Part shown: positions 48,201 through 57,270 of the stretch, piece by piece
Position numbering within the stretch: position 1 is the stretch's first letter
Layout of the letters: each line of letters opens with the position of its first letter
Source: Planctomycetota bacterium
GTDB lineage: Bacteria > Planctomycetota > B15-G4 > JADJEK01
Length of the DNA stretch: 64,000 nucleotides
NCBI GenBank assembly: GCA_044225365.1
Contig: JBGAIQ010000024.1
Coordinates: forward strand, 1-64,000
Reading direction: 5' to 3'
Notes under the pieces: generated by a model
Seen by the model: the letters and a program-made list of their open reading frames with translations, nothing else
Told to the model about the DNA's origin: nothing
The model's database searches: none
Program-made: the position numbers and the translations under genes

Positions 48201-48339
48201 CAGCCGAATCGTTGCGCGCCGTCGCGGAGACCCGCCGCCCGGAGAACAGCGACTCGTTCTCGCGAACCCCGAAGAGCCAGACGAGTGCGACTCCGCATGA
48301 AAGCAGAATGCCGAGCAGAAGAAGTCGACGTCCAAGCAT
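45268..48339 (-). CDS. Giant membrane-anchored LptC/LptA (OstA beta-jellyroll repeat) protein
   Basis: N-terminal TM; repeated A.G.V / A..l.Y / l.G.PA motifs; occupies the lptC/lptA position after kdsC. Confidence 0.6.
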   Translation of the reverse strand: MLGRRLLLLGILLSCGVALVWLFGVRENESLFSGRRVSATARNDSAESPSTTESTAKKSAPIQDAPSNAMAYTNAKIPVRESMPGRPDVKVLKYVINLGSSDGSIGRRLHARDVEIDIYNKKLEPDSKLLAIVKGNTAELEFRDPPDPKTGFKDNQPTSMSLAGKNKVTYLNEAGETIATLENENLHLSDAEVSGPGPNTITMQGLTITGTDLTYDRSTGEMVLQRDIKMVGKRFAVPSRRVDPNKATAPKKDDSNVPEKVIVCDGPFSFKPTKSADKSDKKAAGSGDDLSALIAGGLMTFHGNVIATQGDASKLESEDLEITLDQSSKKPSQKTGTPDTEPTTATATAESGNLTVKRTFAKGTPNKPATMHDPRGNFVAETLLDEAKEDGSWVTLTGEPRVNGAKLGSEDGASGSGSDAPSFDAAASHQIRMRPKALAADAPAGSPKLMTIELDGEATLHRGASASDAELTLHADQIEMLVTQASGATKSSLANLVAHGNANGNMERGTFKGDRITLRPREGSNDPNAMQLEIEPNPYVDLSLGAEEDGGPERRAKFNTLANGKLLWMPEAGDQTPARASFTGPTHVDMYEGEEVATTLDAMESMVIEFVSTADKQSISQLVAKGDVKFDSKTQKTTGSGSQMTLVPEQSGPGKISLVGAPAVATKIDDDGSKQTIRAATIDYDPQTGSIDARISVDVDMGALTLGPSDDPSAEPKTPSPTPSGGSKLYCDHLSIHPKSETEKTTIIEAFGSVVIDDPVNGAHATASRFSYDESQGFAHLFGEGTADATATRQLGSDSKNKVSITGPELILDHASSRLVCERNGRIEIIQPLADSTRVSQADATDANGNATSTVKARCSGPIRYSEDKLELNNDVVVHFEEKGEEVRSVWSDHMTVYLDPNPPQAAPPSPATLTPAGAAASKAATSTSGTSKFKEILAEGRVHMTQAKPRLLTAEGQTLRWKNVNGVETMFLYGSSPKCWVKGLSVNEHVRYEADSFVLQTGSQAFTAENGRMLYDPEVLQR

Positions 48340-48342
48340 GGG

Positions 48343-48894
48343 CTAACGCTCCGCGAGGTTTCGACGAGGGTTCATCGATTTCAAAAGTGCGTCCGCGACC
48401 TCACGCACAGCTCCCAGTCCACCACATGCCCGGGTCACGAATCGTGCGCTCGCCAGCGCGCCGGGATGCGCATCCTGGACCGCGATAGATACAGCGACTT
48501 TGGCGAATGCAGCCGTGTCAATCACGTCATCTCCAACGTAGGCCGCGGCCTTCCTGTCGATCTTCGAGAGCGCGAGGATCTGATCCACCGCGTCGCCCTT
48601 CTCCTGCACGCCGAGCCGAATGAACTTCATTCCGAGTTCCTTCGCGCGAGCCTCGACGAAGCTCTCGGACCGGCCGCTGATGATGCCCGTCGCGATGCCC
48701 GCTCGGTGCAGCATCGCGATTCCGTAGCCGTCGCGCACGTGGAAACTCTTCGCGGCAAAGTACTCTTTCGCGGAAATAGGATCGCTCCCGCTCGCCCCGA
48801 AATAGAGCCGCCCGTCGGTGAGGACACCATCGACGTCGAGCAAGAGCAGGCGAACGCCGCGCATCGCGGCGGGAGTGACGAAGCGTGGCTTCAA
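48343..48894 (-). CDS. kdsC: KDO-8-phosphate phosphatase
   Basis: LDVDGVLTDG, FHVRDGYG, IISGR, YVGDDVID, GGLGAVRE. Confidence 0.94.
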   Translation of the reverse strand: MKPRFVTPAAMRGVRLLLLDVDGVLTDGRLYFGASGSDPISAKEYFAAKSFHVRDGYGIAMLHRAGIATGIISGRSESFVEARAKELGMKFIRLGVQEKGDAVDQILALSKIDRKAAAYVGDDVIDTAAFAKVAVSIAVQDAHPGALASARFVTRACGGLGAVREVADALLKSMNPRRNLAER

Positions 48895-49913
48895 CCGGAC
48901 ACCTTGAGATCGAGGATGTCGAGCAGGTCCTGGACGTCGATGAGACCGATCGGACGCCGCGTCGCATCGACGACCGGAAGTTGGTCGATTCGCCTCTCGC
49001 GGAGGATACGGGCCGCTTCCGTGGCGAGCCGATCGGGAGAAATGGTGAGCGGATTCTTGCTCATGTATTCCGAGATGGGGCGGTTCTTGAAGTCGCGATC
49101 GGCGGAGTCGAGCGCCCTCTCCATCTGCCGCCGGAAATCACCGTCGGTGTAGAAGCCCGTTAGTTCGCCGTTCGCGTCGACGAGCGAGATCGCGCCCGGG
49201 CGTCCGGGCGTGCTCGACATCTGATGGACGACATCGATGAGGCGAGAGGTATCGAGCGCGATCGGATTTGCATCGCCGCGGCGCATCACCTCACCCACGT
49301 GCATGAGACTGCGGCCGAGCGCACCGCCGGGATGGAAGCGCGCGAACTCCGAGGGTGTGAACTGACGCAATCCAGCGACGGCCATCGCGAGGGCATCGCC
49401 GAGCGCGAGCAGGACGGTGGTGGAGGTCGTCGGCGCGAGGCCGAGGTGCCCGGCCTCCTCGACGCGCCCGTACGCGATCGCGACGTCGGACTCCTTCGCG
49501 ATCGGCGATGCCGGATCCGAGGTGAGGGCGACGATCTTGGCTCCGATCCCACGCAGGGGCGACAGCAACCGAACGAGTTCCGCGCTCTGCCCGCTGTTCG
49601 AGAACAGCAGCACGACGTCTTCGGCAGTCACCCGTCCGAGGTCGCCATGCAGCGCTTCCGCCGGATGGAGGAAGATCGAGTCCGTTCCCGTGCTCGCAAA
49701 CGTAGAGGATGCTTTGCGGGCAATATGGCCGGCTTTTCCGATTCCACTCGTGACGACCCGACCCTTCGATCGAAGGATCGAGAGGGCCGCCTCCTCGAAC
49801 GCTGAATCGAGTTGATCCGCGATGCGAAGGAGCGACGCCGCAGCGGTCCGGAGGACGGTTCGTCCTTCGTCCAACGCGGGATGGCCGGGGCGCGGCTTTG
49901 CGGGCTCTTGCAT
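48891..49913 (-). CDS. kdsD: Arabinose-5-phosphate isomerase (KpsF/GutQ)
   Basis: GIGKAGHI, FLHPAEALHGDLG, LAPTTST, FHPGGALG, CBS pair. Confidence 0.95.
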   Translation of the reverse strand: MQEPAKPRPGHPALDEGRTVLRTAAASLLRIADQLDSAFEEAALSILRSKGRVVTSGIGKAGHIARKASSTFASTGTDSIFLHPAEALHGDLGRVTAEDVVLLFSNSGQSAELVRLLSPLRGIGAKIVALTSDPASPIAKESDVAIAYGRVEEAGHLGLAPTTSTTVLLALGDALAMAVAGLRQFTPSEFARFHPGGALGRSLMHVGEVMRRGDANPIALDTSRLIDVVHQMSSTPGRPGAISLVDANGELTGFYTDGDFRRQMERALDSADRDFKNRPISEYMSKNPLTISPDRLATEAARILRERRIDQLPVVDATRRPIGLIDVQDLLDILDLKVSG

Positions 49914-50114
49914 GGGGTTCTGCAAAACGCGGAGAGGCTACGTGAAACGGGGAAAGGACGCAATCTCGGCCCTTTCGTTCCGACGGGGCCGTGCTCATCG
50001 AAAGGACCGATCTATCCTCGTCCCAACCGCGAGCCGAGGCATCCGAATTCACCCGTGCATTGTCCGCAATGACGGGGACGGATACGATCGAATCTTCGCT
50101 CCGAGGAGGATTTC

Positions 50115-50774
50115 GTGCAGATCGCGACCGACCAACTCCCGACGATCGCGCTCAACCTCGTCGTCTATGGAATCTCGACCGCCATTCACGAAGCGGCCCA
50201 CGCCTATACCGCCGACGCCCTGGGGGATCGCACCCCTCGCGAACTCGGCCGCGTGACCCTGAACCCATTCAAGCATCTCAGCCTGATCGGCTCGTTTCTC
50301 CTCCCGGTCGTCGTGATGCTGGTGAACCCGCACGCCATGCTCATGGCCGGAAAGCCGGTACCGGTGCAGATCAACCGCCTGCGCCATCCGTCGCGGGACT
50401 TCATGCTCGTCGCGTTCGCGGGGCCCATCTCGAATCTGCTGCAGGCGCTGTTCTATACCGCGCTCTTCGTCTTCCTGCGCAGGCAAGGGTGGATCGAACC
50501 GGGGTACGCCTACACCGTCCTCGGATTGGCCGTGACGGCGAACATCGTCCTGATGTTGTTCAACTCCGTACCGATCCCGCCCTTGGACGGGTCACGTTTC
50601 ATCGGATACCTGCTACCGAAGACGATTCAACCGTGGTTCTATCGGATCGATCCCGTCGGCTTTATCATCGTCCTGGTCCTCGTCTTCACCAACCAATTCG
50701 CGCTGCTGTTCACCAAGGTCATCCAGCCGCTCAACGAATGGTGGATGGACACCTACACGAGCTGGTTCGTGTGA
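50115..50774 (+). CDS. Site-2 (M50) metalloprotease
   Basis: HEAAH, GRVTLNP, AGPISN, FNSVPIPPLDG. Confidence 0.93.
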   Translation: MQIATDQLPTIALNLVVYGISTAIHEAAHAYTADALGDRTPRELGRVTLNPFKHLSLIGSFLLPVVVMLVNPHAMLMAGKPVPVQINRLRHPSRDFMLVAFAGPISNLLQALFYTALFVFLRRQGWIEPGYAYTVLGLAVTANIVLMLFNSVPIPPLDGSRFIGYLLPKTIQPWFYRIDPVGFIIVLVLVFTNQFALLFTKVIQPLNEWWMDTYTSWFV

Positions 50775-50803
50775 GCCCCGGATAGAGCGACGTCAGGCTG
50801 TCG

Positions 50804-51796
50804 ATGGAATACACCGTACAACTCGAGAACTTCAGCGGTCCCCTCGACTTGCTGCTCTACCTGATCAAGCAGGAGGAGCTCGAGATCCATCAGATCTCGC
50901 TGACGTCGGTGTGCGACAAATACCTCGCGCACATCCGGACGATGAAGGATCTCGACGTCAACGTGTCCGCGGAGTTCCTCGTCGTCGCGGCGACGTTGAT
51001 GGTGATCAAGTCTCGCGCGCTCCTTCCGCACGAAGAAGAGGTCGATCTCGACGAAGAGCTCGACCCCGAGGACGAGCTGATCCAGCAGCTCCTCGAATAC
51101 AAGAAGTTCAAGATGGCGTCGCGCGATCTCGTCGAGATGGCGGACCTGCGCAGTCGCGTGTTTCCGTTCATTCCGCCGCGAGCCGAGAAGTCGGACGAGG
51201 AGATTCCGCTCGAGGACATCGACGTCATCGACCTCGTGCGCGCGTTCGCCAAGATTCTGTCGGAGACGCGGCTCGATCGCATGCCGCGCCTCATCCGTTC
51301 GGAGAAGGCGCTCCGCGAATACATCGAAGAAGTCTTCACGATCCTGAAGCGCGAGCGAAAGCTGAAGTTCGTCGACCTTTTCGCGGACACGCGCTCGCGG
51401 GAGACGGTGATCGGTCGCTTCGTCGCGATCCTCGAGCTCGCGAAGCGCGGACGCCTCAAGGTCGTCCAGGGTACGTGCTACGACGCAATCGAACTCGAGA
51501 TCGGCGACGATCGCGAACTGTCCGAGACCGAGATGCTCGCGATGGAATCCGATCTTGCGGCGCCCCCTCCACAAGAGATCGAGGAGAGCACGACGACGCT
51601 CGTTCCCACGCGATCCGTCGAGGCAGCTCGAGAGTCCGCGGACGCGGAGGACCTTGCTCTCGAGGAAGCAGCGGAAGCAGAGGAACTCGAGAAGTCGCAG
51701 GGCTATCTCGAGGCCCTTCGCAAGAGCGCGCAAGAGCGCGCGCGAAGCCAAGAACAAAACGGCGAGCTAGAAGCCTCCGCCGGTGAATCCAACTGA
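50804..51796 (+). CDS. scpA: Segregation/condensation protein A
   Basis: FSGPLDLLLYLI, EFLVVAATLMVIKSRALLP, RFVAILEL; acidic tail. Confidence 0.93.
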   Translation: MEYTVQLENFSGPLDLLLYLIKQEELEIHQISLTSVCDKYLAHIRTMKDLDVNVSAEFLVVAATLMVIKSRALLPHEEEVDLDEELDPEDELIQQLLEYKKFKMASRDLVEMADLRSRVFPFIPPRAEKSDEEIPLEDIDVIDLVRAFAKILSETRLDRMPRLIRSEKALREYIEEVFTILKRERKLKFVDLFADTRSRETVIGRFVAILELAKRGRLKVVQGTCYDAIELEIGDDRELSETEMLAMESDLAAPPPQEIEESTTTLVPTRSVEAARESADAEDLALEEAAEAEELEKSQGYLEALRKSAQERARSQEQNGELEASAGESN

Positions 51797-51816
51797 TCGA
51801 TCCTGGAGCAGTCCGA

Positions 51817-52155
51817 ATGGCCGAGAACATCGTCGAAGTGACGGATCAAAGTTTCCAGAGCGAAGTCCTGAGCTCGCCGTTGCCGGTGCTCGTGGACTTC
51901 TGGGCGCCGTGGTGCGGCCCTTGCCGCCAACTCGCGCCGACGCTGGAACGCTTCGCGAAGCAGGCCAACGGCAAGGTCCGAGTCGCCAAGTGCAACATCC
52001 AGGAAGAGAAGATGACCGCGGTGCAGTACCGCGTGACGAACATCCCGACGCTCGTGTTCTTCAAGAACGGCACGGAGATCCATCGACTCTACGGCTTGAA
52101 GACGGTCGACGAGATGCGGGGCGCGAGCTCGCAATACGTCGGCGTGAAGATCTGA
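51817..52155 (+). CDS. trxA: Thioredoxin
   Basis: VDFWAPWCGPC, IPTL. Confidence 0.95.
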   Translation: MAENIVEVTDQSFQSEVLSSPLPVLVDFWAPWCGPCRQLAPTLERFAKQANGKVRVAKCNIQEEKMTAVQYRVTNIPTLVFFKNGTEIHRLYGLKTVDEMRGASSQYVGVKI

Positions 52156-52168
52156 GAAGAACTCGATC

Positions 52169-52209
52169 CGAACGAGGCTCGATCCCGTCGCGGGTCGAGC
52201 CTCCGTTCG
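52169..52209 (+). terminator. Long hairpin after trxA, possible terminator
   Basis: CGAACG-AGGCTCGATCC...GGGTCGAGCCTC-CGTTCG followed by TTT. Confidence 0.45.
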
Positions 52210-52219
52210 TTTGAAGACC

Positions 52220-53158
52220 ATGCGAATCGCATTTCTCGGTACGTCTGAATTCGCCGTCAGCGTGCTCGACGCGCTCGCCAAGTCGTCGCACGAGATCGCG
52301 ATCGTCGTCTCCACGCCGCCGCGGCCGAAGGGACGTGGACGCGTGCTCGAGAACACGCCGGTCGGCAAGCGAGCGGTCGAACTCGGATTGCCGTTGTTCC
52401 AACCCGAGAAGATCAACGCCGACGATTCGGTCGCACGACTCGCCGCCGCTCGGCCCGACCTCCTCGTCGTCGTTGCCTACGGGCAGATCCTGCGCGAAAG
52501 AGTCCTCACCATGGCGAGTCGTGGCGCAGTGAACTTGCACGGTTCGCTCCTTCCGAAGTACCGCGGCGCTGCACCGATTGCTCGTGCAATCGAACAGGGC
52601 GATTCGCGAAGCGGCGTTTCGTTGCAGTTCATGGTCCGCGAAGTCGATGCGGGCGATGTCATCGCGTCCCAGGCCATGGATCTCGACCCGAACGAGAACG
52701 CGGCCGAAGCTTCCGTTCGCCTGAGCCACGCTGCCGCTGAACTCCTCCTTGCGAACCTGGACGCGCTCGAACGCGGTACGGCACAGCGCACGCCGCAAGA
52801 CGCGACTGCGGCGACTTTCGCGCCGCAGTTGCGCAAGGAGGAGGGTCGAATCGACTGGAATCGTCCCGCGAAGAAGGTGCACGATCACGTGCGAGCGATG
52901 ACACCATGGCCGGGTGCGATCACCGAATGGACGCTCGACACCGAGGTCGTGCGACTCACGATCCATCGAACGGAGACGATCGAAATGAAGTCCAAGAGCG
53001 CGCCCGGAACGGTCCTTCGGAGTTCGGATCGACTCGAAGTCGCGACCGGATCCGATGCGATTCGCATCCTGCGACTGCAGCGCGCCGGGAAGCGTGAGAT
53101 GGACGCGAGCGAGTTCCTGCGGGGTACGAAACTCGTCGAAGGCACGATTCTTCGATGA
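52220..53158 (+). CDS. fmt: Methionyl-tRNA formyltransferase
   Basis: FLGTSEFA, PKGRG, VVAYGQIL, NLHGSLLPKYRGAAPI, PWPGA. Confidence 0.96.
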   Translation: MRIAFLGTSEFAVSVLDALAKSSHEIAIVVSTPPRPKGRGRVLENTPVGKRAVELGLPLFQPEKINADDSVARLAAARPDLLVVVAYGQILRERVLTMASRGAVNLHGSLLPKYRGAAPIARAIEQGDSRSGVSLQFMVREVDAGDVIASQAMDLDPNENAAEASVRLSHAAAELLLANLDALERGTAQRTPQDATAATFAPQLRKEEGRIDWNRPAKKVHDHVRAMTPWPGAITEWTLDTEVVRLTIHRTETIEMKSKSAPGTVLRSSDRLEVATGSDAIRILRLQRAGKREMDASEFLRGTKLVEGTILR

Positions 53159-54678
53159 ATCCCGACGGCGACAAGAAGCGCGCGAAGTCCTCGCCCGGCA
53201 AGAATGGAGGCGGATCGCGTCCATTCAAGATGGGCGAACAGCGTCGCCCCGGCGCCAAGCCGCCCCCGAAGCCGAAGCAATACGATGCGCGGGCCTTTGC
53301 GCTCGAAGCCTTGCTGCTCTTCTCGGCCGGCAAGACCGTTCGCGTGCTCGATCGGTTCGACGAGCCGGATCGAGGAGCCGCGCTCGAGACCCGGGATCGC
53401 CGCTTCGCTCACGAGTTGATCTACGGTGTCCTGCGACATCGACTGACGCTCGATTGCGTCATCACCGCGTACGCTCGTATCGGCCTTCTCGAACTCGATC
53501 CCAAGTGCCTCGAGGCGCTGCGGCTCGGCATCTATCAACTGCTCTATCTGGACGGCATCCCCGCGTTCGCCGCGATCAACGAGACGGTTCGACTCGTGGC
53601 GAAGGAACACGCCGGCGTGCGCAGCACCGTCAACGCGATCCTGCGTGCCGTCGATCGCGATTCGAATCGCATCGACCCAAGGCTCGATCGTGGCGGTAGC
53701 AGCCTGAAGAAGCGTCTTCCCATCTCGGAGCGCCGCATCGTCTACTTTCGGCGCGACACGTTCTGCGATCCCGACGAGAATCTCGCGCTGCACCTCGCGC
53801 AGTTGTATTCGCATCCGCCCCTTCTCGTCGCGCGCTGGCTCGATCGATTCCCGCGTGAGGTCGTCGAAGCGATGCTCGCTGCGAACAACAAGAAGCCACG
53901 CGTCACGATTCGAGTGAATCGCACGCGAACCGATCGAGCCGCGCTCATCGAGCGATTGCGAGCCGACCGAGTGCTCTGTGGCGAGGGGACGCGAGACGAT
54001 TCGATCCTGATCGGAAGCCCGATCGCGGACGCCCTACGCTCACCGGCCTTCGCCGAAGGGTGGTTCTACGTGCAAGACGAAACGGCCATGAGCGTCGCCC
54101 CGGTCGTCGAGCCGAAGCCTGGCGAGCGAATCCTCGATCTGTGTTCTGCGCCCGGCGGAAAAGCAACGCACTTGCACGAGCTCTCGAACGGTCGCGCCGT
54201 CGTCGTCGCCGTCGATTCGGACGACGGCCGCGTCTCGAAGTTGAAGGAGAACGTCGCACGCCTTGCCATGGAGAGCATCGCCGTCGTCACGTTCGATCCG
54301 CTCACGCCCGGCGCGGAGACCTTGGGTTCGCGACCGTCCGAACTCTCGCTTCCTTTCGATGCCGCTTTGCTCGACGTACCGTGTTCGAACACCGGAGTCC
54401 TCGGGCGTCGACCGGAAGCACGTTGGCGTCTCACGGAGACGGCGATCTCGGAACTCGCGGAGCAGGGATGCAGGCTCTTCGCCTTCGCACGATCGCTCGT
54501 TCGTCCAGGCGGTCGAATCGTGTACTCGACGTGCAGCATCGAGGACGAGGAGAATTCGAAGAACGTCGAGAGGATGCTCGCAGCCCATCCCGGAACGCGG
54601 CTCGTTCGGGAGGAGCTGACGTTGCCCTCGGCCTCGGGTGTCGATGGCGGCTACTTCGCTCGCATCGAAGTCGACTGA
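53155..54678 (+). CDS. rsmB: NusB-domain 16S rRNA m5C methyltransferase (Sun/RsmB)
   Basis: YGVLRH, LRLGIYQL, VQDE, DLCSAPGGK, DVPCSNTG, YSTCS. Confidence 0.92.
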   Translation: MNPDGDKKRAKSSPGKNGGGSRPFKMGEQRRPGAKPPPKPKQYDARAFALEALLLFSAGKTVRVLDRFDEPDRGAALETRDRRFAHELIYGVLRHRLTLDCVITAYARIGLLELDPKCLEALRLGIYQLLYLDGIPAFAAINETVRLVAKEHAGVRSTVNAILRAVDRDSNRIDPRLDRGGSSLKKRLPISERRIVYFRRDTFCDPDENLALHLAQLYSHPPLLVARWLDRFPREVVEAMLAANNKKPRVTIRVNRTRTDRAALIERLRADRVLCGEGTRDDSILIGSPIADALRSPAFAEGWFYVQDETAMSVAPVVEPKPGERILDLCSAPGGKATHLHELSNGRAVVVAVDSDDGRVSKLKENVARLAMESIAVVTFDPLTPGAETLGSRPSELSLPFDAALLDVPCSNTGVLGRRPEARWRLTETAISELAEQGCRLFAFARSLVRPGGRIVYSTCSIEDEENSKNVERMLAAHPGTRLVREELTLPSASGVDGGYFARIEVD

Positions 54679-54681
54679 ACG

Positions 54682-55506
54682 ATGCAGCTCTACTACAACA
54701 CCAACGGCTTCCCGCATCACGACCTCGACGATGTCGTGGCGATCCTGAAGGAACAGGGATACGACGGCATCGCGCTGACGCCCGATGTCCATCACTTGAA
54801 TCCATGGACCGCGACGCTCGCCGACATCGAGGCATTCCGCCGTCTGTGCGAAGGGCATGGCCTCGGGATCACGATCGAATCCGGAGCGAGATTCGTGCTC
54901 GACCCGCGGCGCAAGCACGAGCCCAATCTCCTCTCGCTCGAGGGTCATGAGAAGCGAGCCGAGTATCTATGTCGGCTCGTCGACATGGCGGAAGCACTTC
55001 GCTCGCCCCGCGTCTCGATCTGGTCGGGCGCGGCGACGGACTCGGCACTCTCGTTCGACGATGCCATTCTCCTGCTCGCGCAACGCCTTCGCCCCGTGCT
55101 CGAGTACGCACGAGCCCGCGGCGTCCGCATCGTCTTCGAGCCCGAGCCCGGCATGCTCGTCGACACCATCGCCAAGTATCGGATCCTGCAGCACGCAGTT
55201 GCGCCGCTCGAGCTTCCGCTCACGATCGATCTCGGTCATCTCGCCGTCACGGAAACCACGCCCTACGAGGCGCATCTCAACGCGAACGCGGACTCGCTCG
55301 AACTCGTTCACGCCGACGACGCCAAGGTCGGCAAACATGAACATCTTGTTTTCGGGCAAGGCGATCTCGACTTCCCGCGTCTGCGCGCAGCGCTCGCGAA
55401 GATCGGTTTCACCGGGCCGATCGCGGTCGAGCTCTCGCGTCACGGGCACGATGCCGTCGCCGTCGCGAAGTCGGCCCTGCGATTCCTGCGCGATGCGGGT
55501 TTCTGA
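54682..55506 (+). CDS. Sugar phosphate isomerase/epimerase TIM barrel (ebo-cluster-associated type)
   Basis: YNTNGFPHH, IESGARFVLDPRRKHEP, FEPEPGM, DLGH, HEHL, VELSRH. Confidence 0.8.
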   Translation: MQLYYNTNGFPHHDLDDVVAILKEQGYDGIALTPDVHHLNPWTATLADIEAFRRLCEGHGLGITIESGARFVLDPRRKHEPNLLSLEGHEKRAEYLCRLVDMAEALRSPRVSIWSGAATDSALSFDDAILLLAQRLRPVLEYARARGVRIVFEPEPGMLVDTIAKYRILQHAVAPLELPLTIDLGHLAVTETTPYEAHLNANADSLELVHADDAKVGKHEHLVFGQGDLDFPRLRAALAKIGFTGPIAVELSRHGHDAVAVAKSALRFLRDAGF

Positions 55507-55665
55507 TTCGGTCGGAACGTCTCCGGTTGAAACGTCGTAAACGTGGACCCGGTTTCGTCCCAGCCAAGTCCTCACAATCGATGTGGTTTCGCGTAGGAAC
55601 CGGTAAACTCATCCCTCGTGTTCTGGGATGGATCACGGCGGTTTTCACTTTCGGAGGGAGAACGA

Positions 55666-55890
55666 GTGGTCTCGGACAATCGACCGCAGGCACAGTTTCG
55701 ATTGTGTCCCGATCTCGGCATGTCGGATCGCGACGGCGCTCCATTGATGCAGCACCACATCACGATGGATACGTGTGAACGGCGGCAAGACCGCGGTTAC
55801 CACAAGTGCTGCCGCTGCGTTCACCAGGAGCTGACTCGCAACGTCAACGTCATCGATCGCAATGACGTCGCGAGGCTCCTGAGGAGCTGA
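55666..55890 (+). CDS. Small Cys/His-rich hypothetical protein (74 aa)
   Basis: Strong SD GGAGGGAG 5 nt before GTG; CPDL...CERRQ.RGYHKCCRC; fills an otherwise empty gap. Confidence 0.6.
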   Translation: MVSDNRPQAQFRLCPDLGMSDRDGAPLMQHHITMDTCERRQDRGYHKCCRCVHQELTRNVNVIDRNDVARLLRS

Positions 55891-55902
55891 GCGCTCGGCG
55901 CC

Positions 55903-57156
55903 TCAGCCTCGAACGATCGACTCGAGTTCGGGGTCGGTCAACAGTCGCGGCGAGTTCTTCGCCGCATCCAGGAGTTTGTCGACGAGCTTCTCCGACGGGG
56001 AGTAGCCCCGCCGCTCGAGCCAATACGTCACGTTCGACTTTCCGCTCATCGGCCCGATGCGGATGATCTGCTCGAGCCCGAATTCGTGAGCGGGCACGCC
56101 GCTGTAGACGAGGTTCGCGAGCTTCACATCGCCTTTCCGGAGCGCTTTCACGACGGCCGCGGCGTGCACTCCAGTGGCGGTCTCGAACGCATCGCGACCG
56201 AATACCGGATAGTTGTGGGGGATCTCGACCTTCAGCGCCCTTGCGGCCGCTTCGCAGTACTTGCCGAGCGCGGAGAGGTCGTTGTCGATCCAGCCCAGTA
56301 GCTTCAGATTCGCGAGGATCAGGTCCATCGGCGCGTTGCCGGAACGTTCGCCGACTCCGAGCGCGGATCCATGGACGCGATCGGCTCCCGCTTCGATCGC
56401 GGCTACGACGTTGGCCACTCCGAGGCCACGATCCTGATGACCGTGCCAGTCGATCTTCACGTCTCGACCACGGGCCCGCCGACGCACGATGTCCTTGCCG
56501 AAGCGAATGAGCGCGCGAGTTCCATCGGGCGTCGAGTGACCGCAGGTGTCGCAGAAGCAGAGTCGCTTCGCTCCGAGATCGATCGCCATGCCGTACAGCT
56601 TCTCGAGCACGTCCGGAAAGGCGCGCGTCGTATCCTCGGTCACGTACATCACGGGCAGATCGTTCTTCTGGCAGAACGTGAGGCAGTCCTCCGTCGCCTT
56701 CAGCATCCGATCGACGCTCCAGTCCTCGGTGAACGCGCGAACGCGGCTCGATCCGATGAACGTGCAGACCTCGATCGGGATGCCGACGCGCTGGGTCAAA
56801 GCGACGACCGGCTCGACGTCGGCGACGACCGTGCGGCAGGCGACGTTGACACCGATGCGCAGCTTCGCCGATGCGACTTCCCGCGCGAGCGCCTCGATGT
56901 GCTTCAAGTGGAACGGGCCGGCGCCAGGCAAACCGATGTTCGCCGTGTCGATACCGAGCTCGTCCATGAGATGCAGGAGAGCGATCTTCTCGTCGATCGA
57001 TGGATTCGTCACCGACGGGCTCTGCAGCCCATCACGAAGAGTTTCGTCGTCGAACTCGATCTTGCGAGGGGGCTTCCCGGCGTAGGTGTCGGCGTGGTTC
57101 CAGTCGTAGATCAGGTCGTCGACCGTCCAACTCTCCGGTGTCTTGTTGTCGCTCAT
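55903..57156 (-). CDS. LeuA-family DRE-TIM synthase (isopropylmalate/homocitrate-type) lacking the regulatory domain
   Basis: DETLRDGLQ, EDTTR, CDTCG, WHGHQDRG, GVGERSGN, GVHA, GPMSGKSN. Confidence 0.88.
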   Translation of the reverse strand: MSDNKTPESWTVDDLIYDWNHADTYAGKPPRKIEFDDETLRDGLQSPSVTNPSIDEKIALLHLMDELGIDTANIGLPGAGPFHLKHIEALAREVASAKLRIGVNVACRTVVADVEPVVALTQRVGIPIEVCTFIGSSRVRAFTEDWSVDRMLKATEDCLTFCQKNDLPVMYVTEDTTRAFPDVLEKLYGMAIDLGAKRLCFCDTCGHSTPDGTRALIRFGKDIVRRRARGRDVKIDWHGHQDRGLGVANVVAAIEAGADRVHGSALGVGERSGNAPMDLILANLKLLGWIDNDLSALGKYCEAAARALKVEIPHNYPVFGRDAFETATGVHAAAVVKALRKGDVKLANLVYSGVPAHEFGLEQIIRIGPMSGKSNVTYWLERRGYSPSEKLVDKLLDAAKNSPRLLTDPELESIVRG

Positions 57157-57270
57157 CGCTGTGCCTTTGGGTCGATCGCAAGCCGTTCTTCGGCGTGCTG
57201 TCGACGATCCGCATCAGGATAACAGAACCGCTCCGTGGGTTCTGCATCGCGGATGACCGATGATCGTGGA

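Noticed and set aside
45370-48300. 976-aa plus-strand ORF
   Set aside because: Antisense shadow of the LptC/A-like gene.
49936-49950. CGTGAAAC half-parS upstream of kdsD
   Set aside because: Only one half-site matches; not palindromic.
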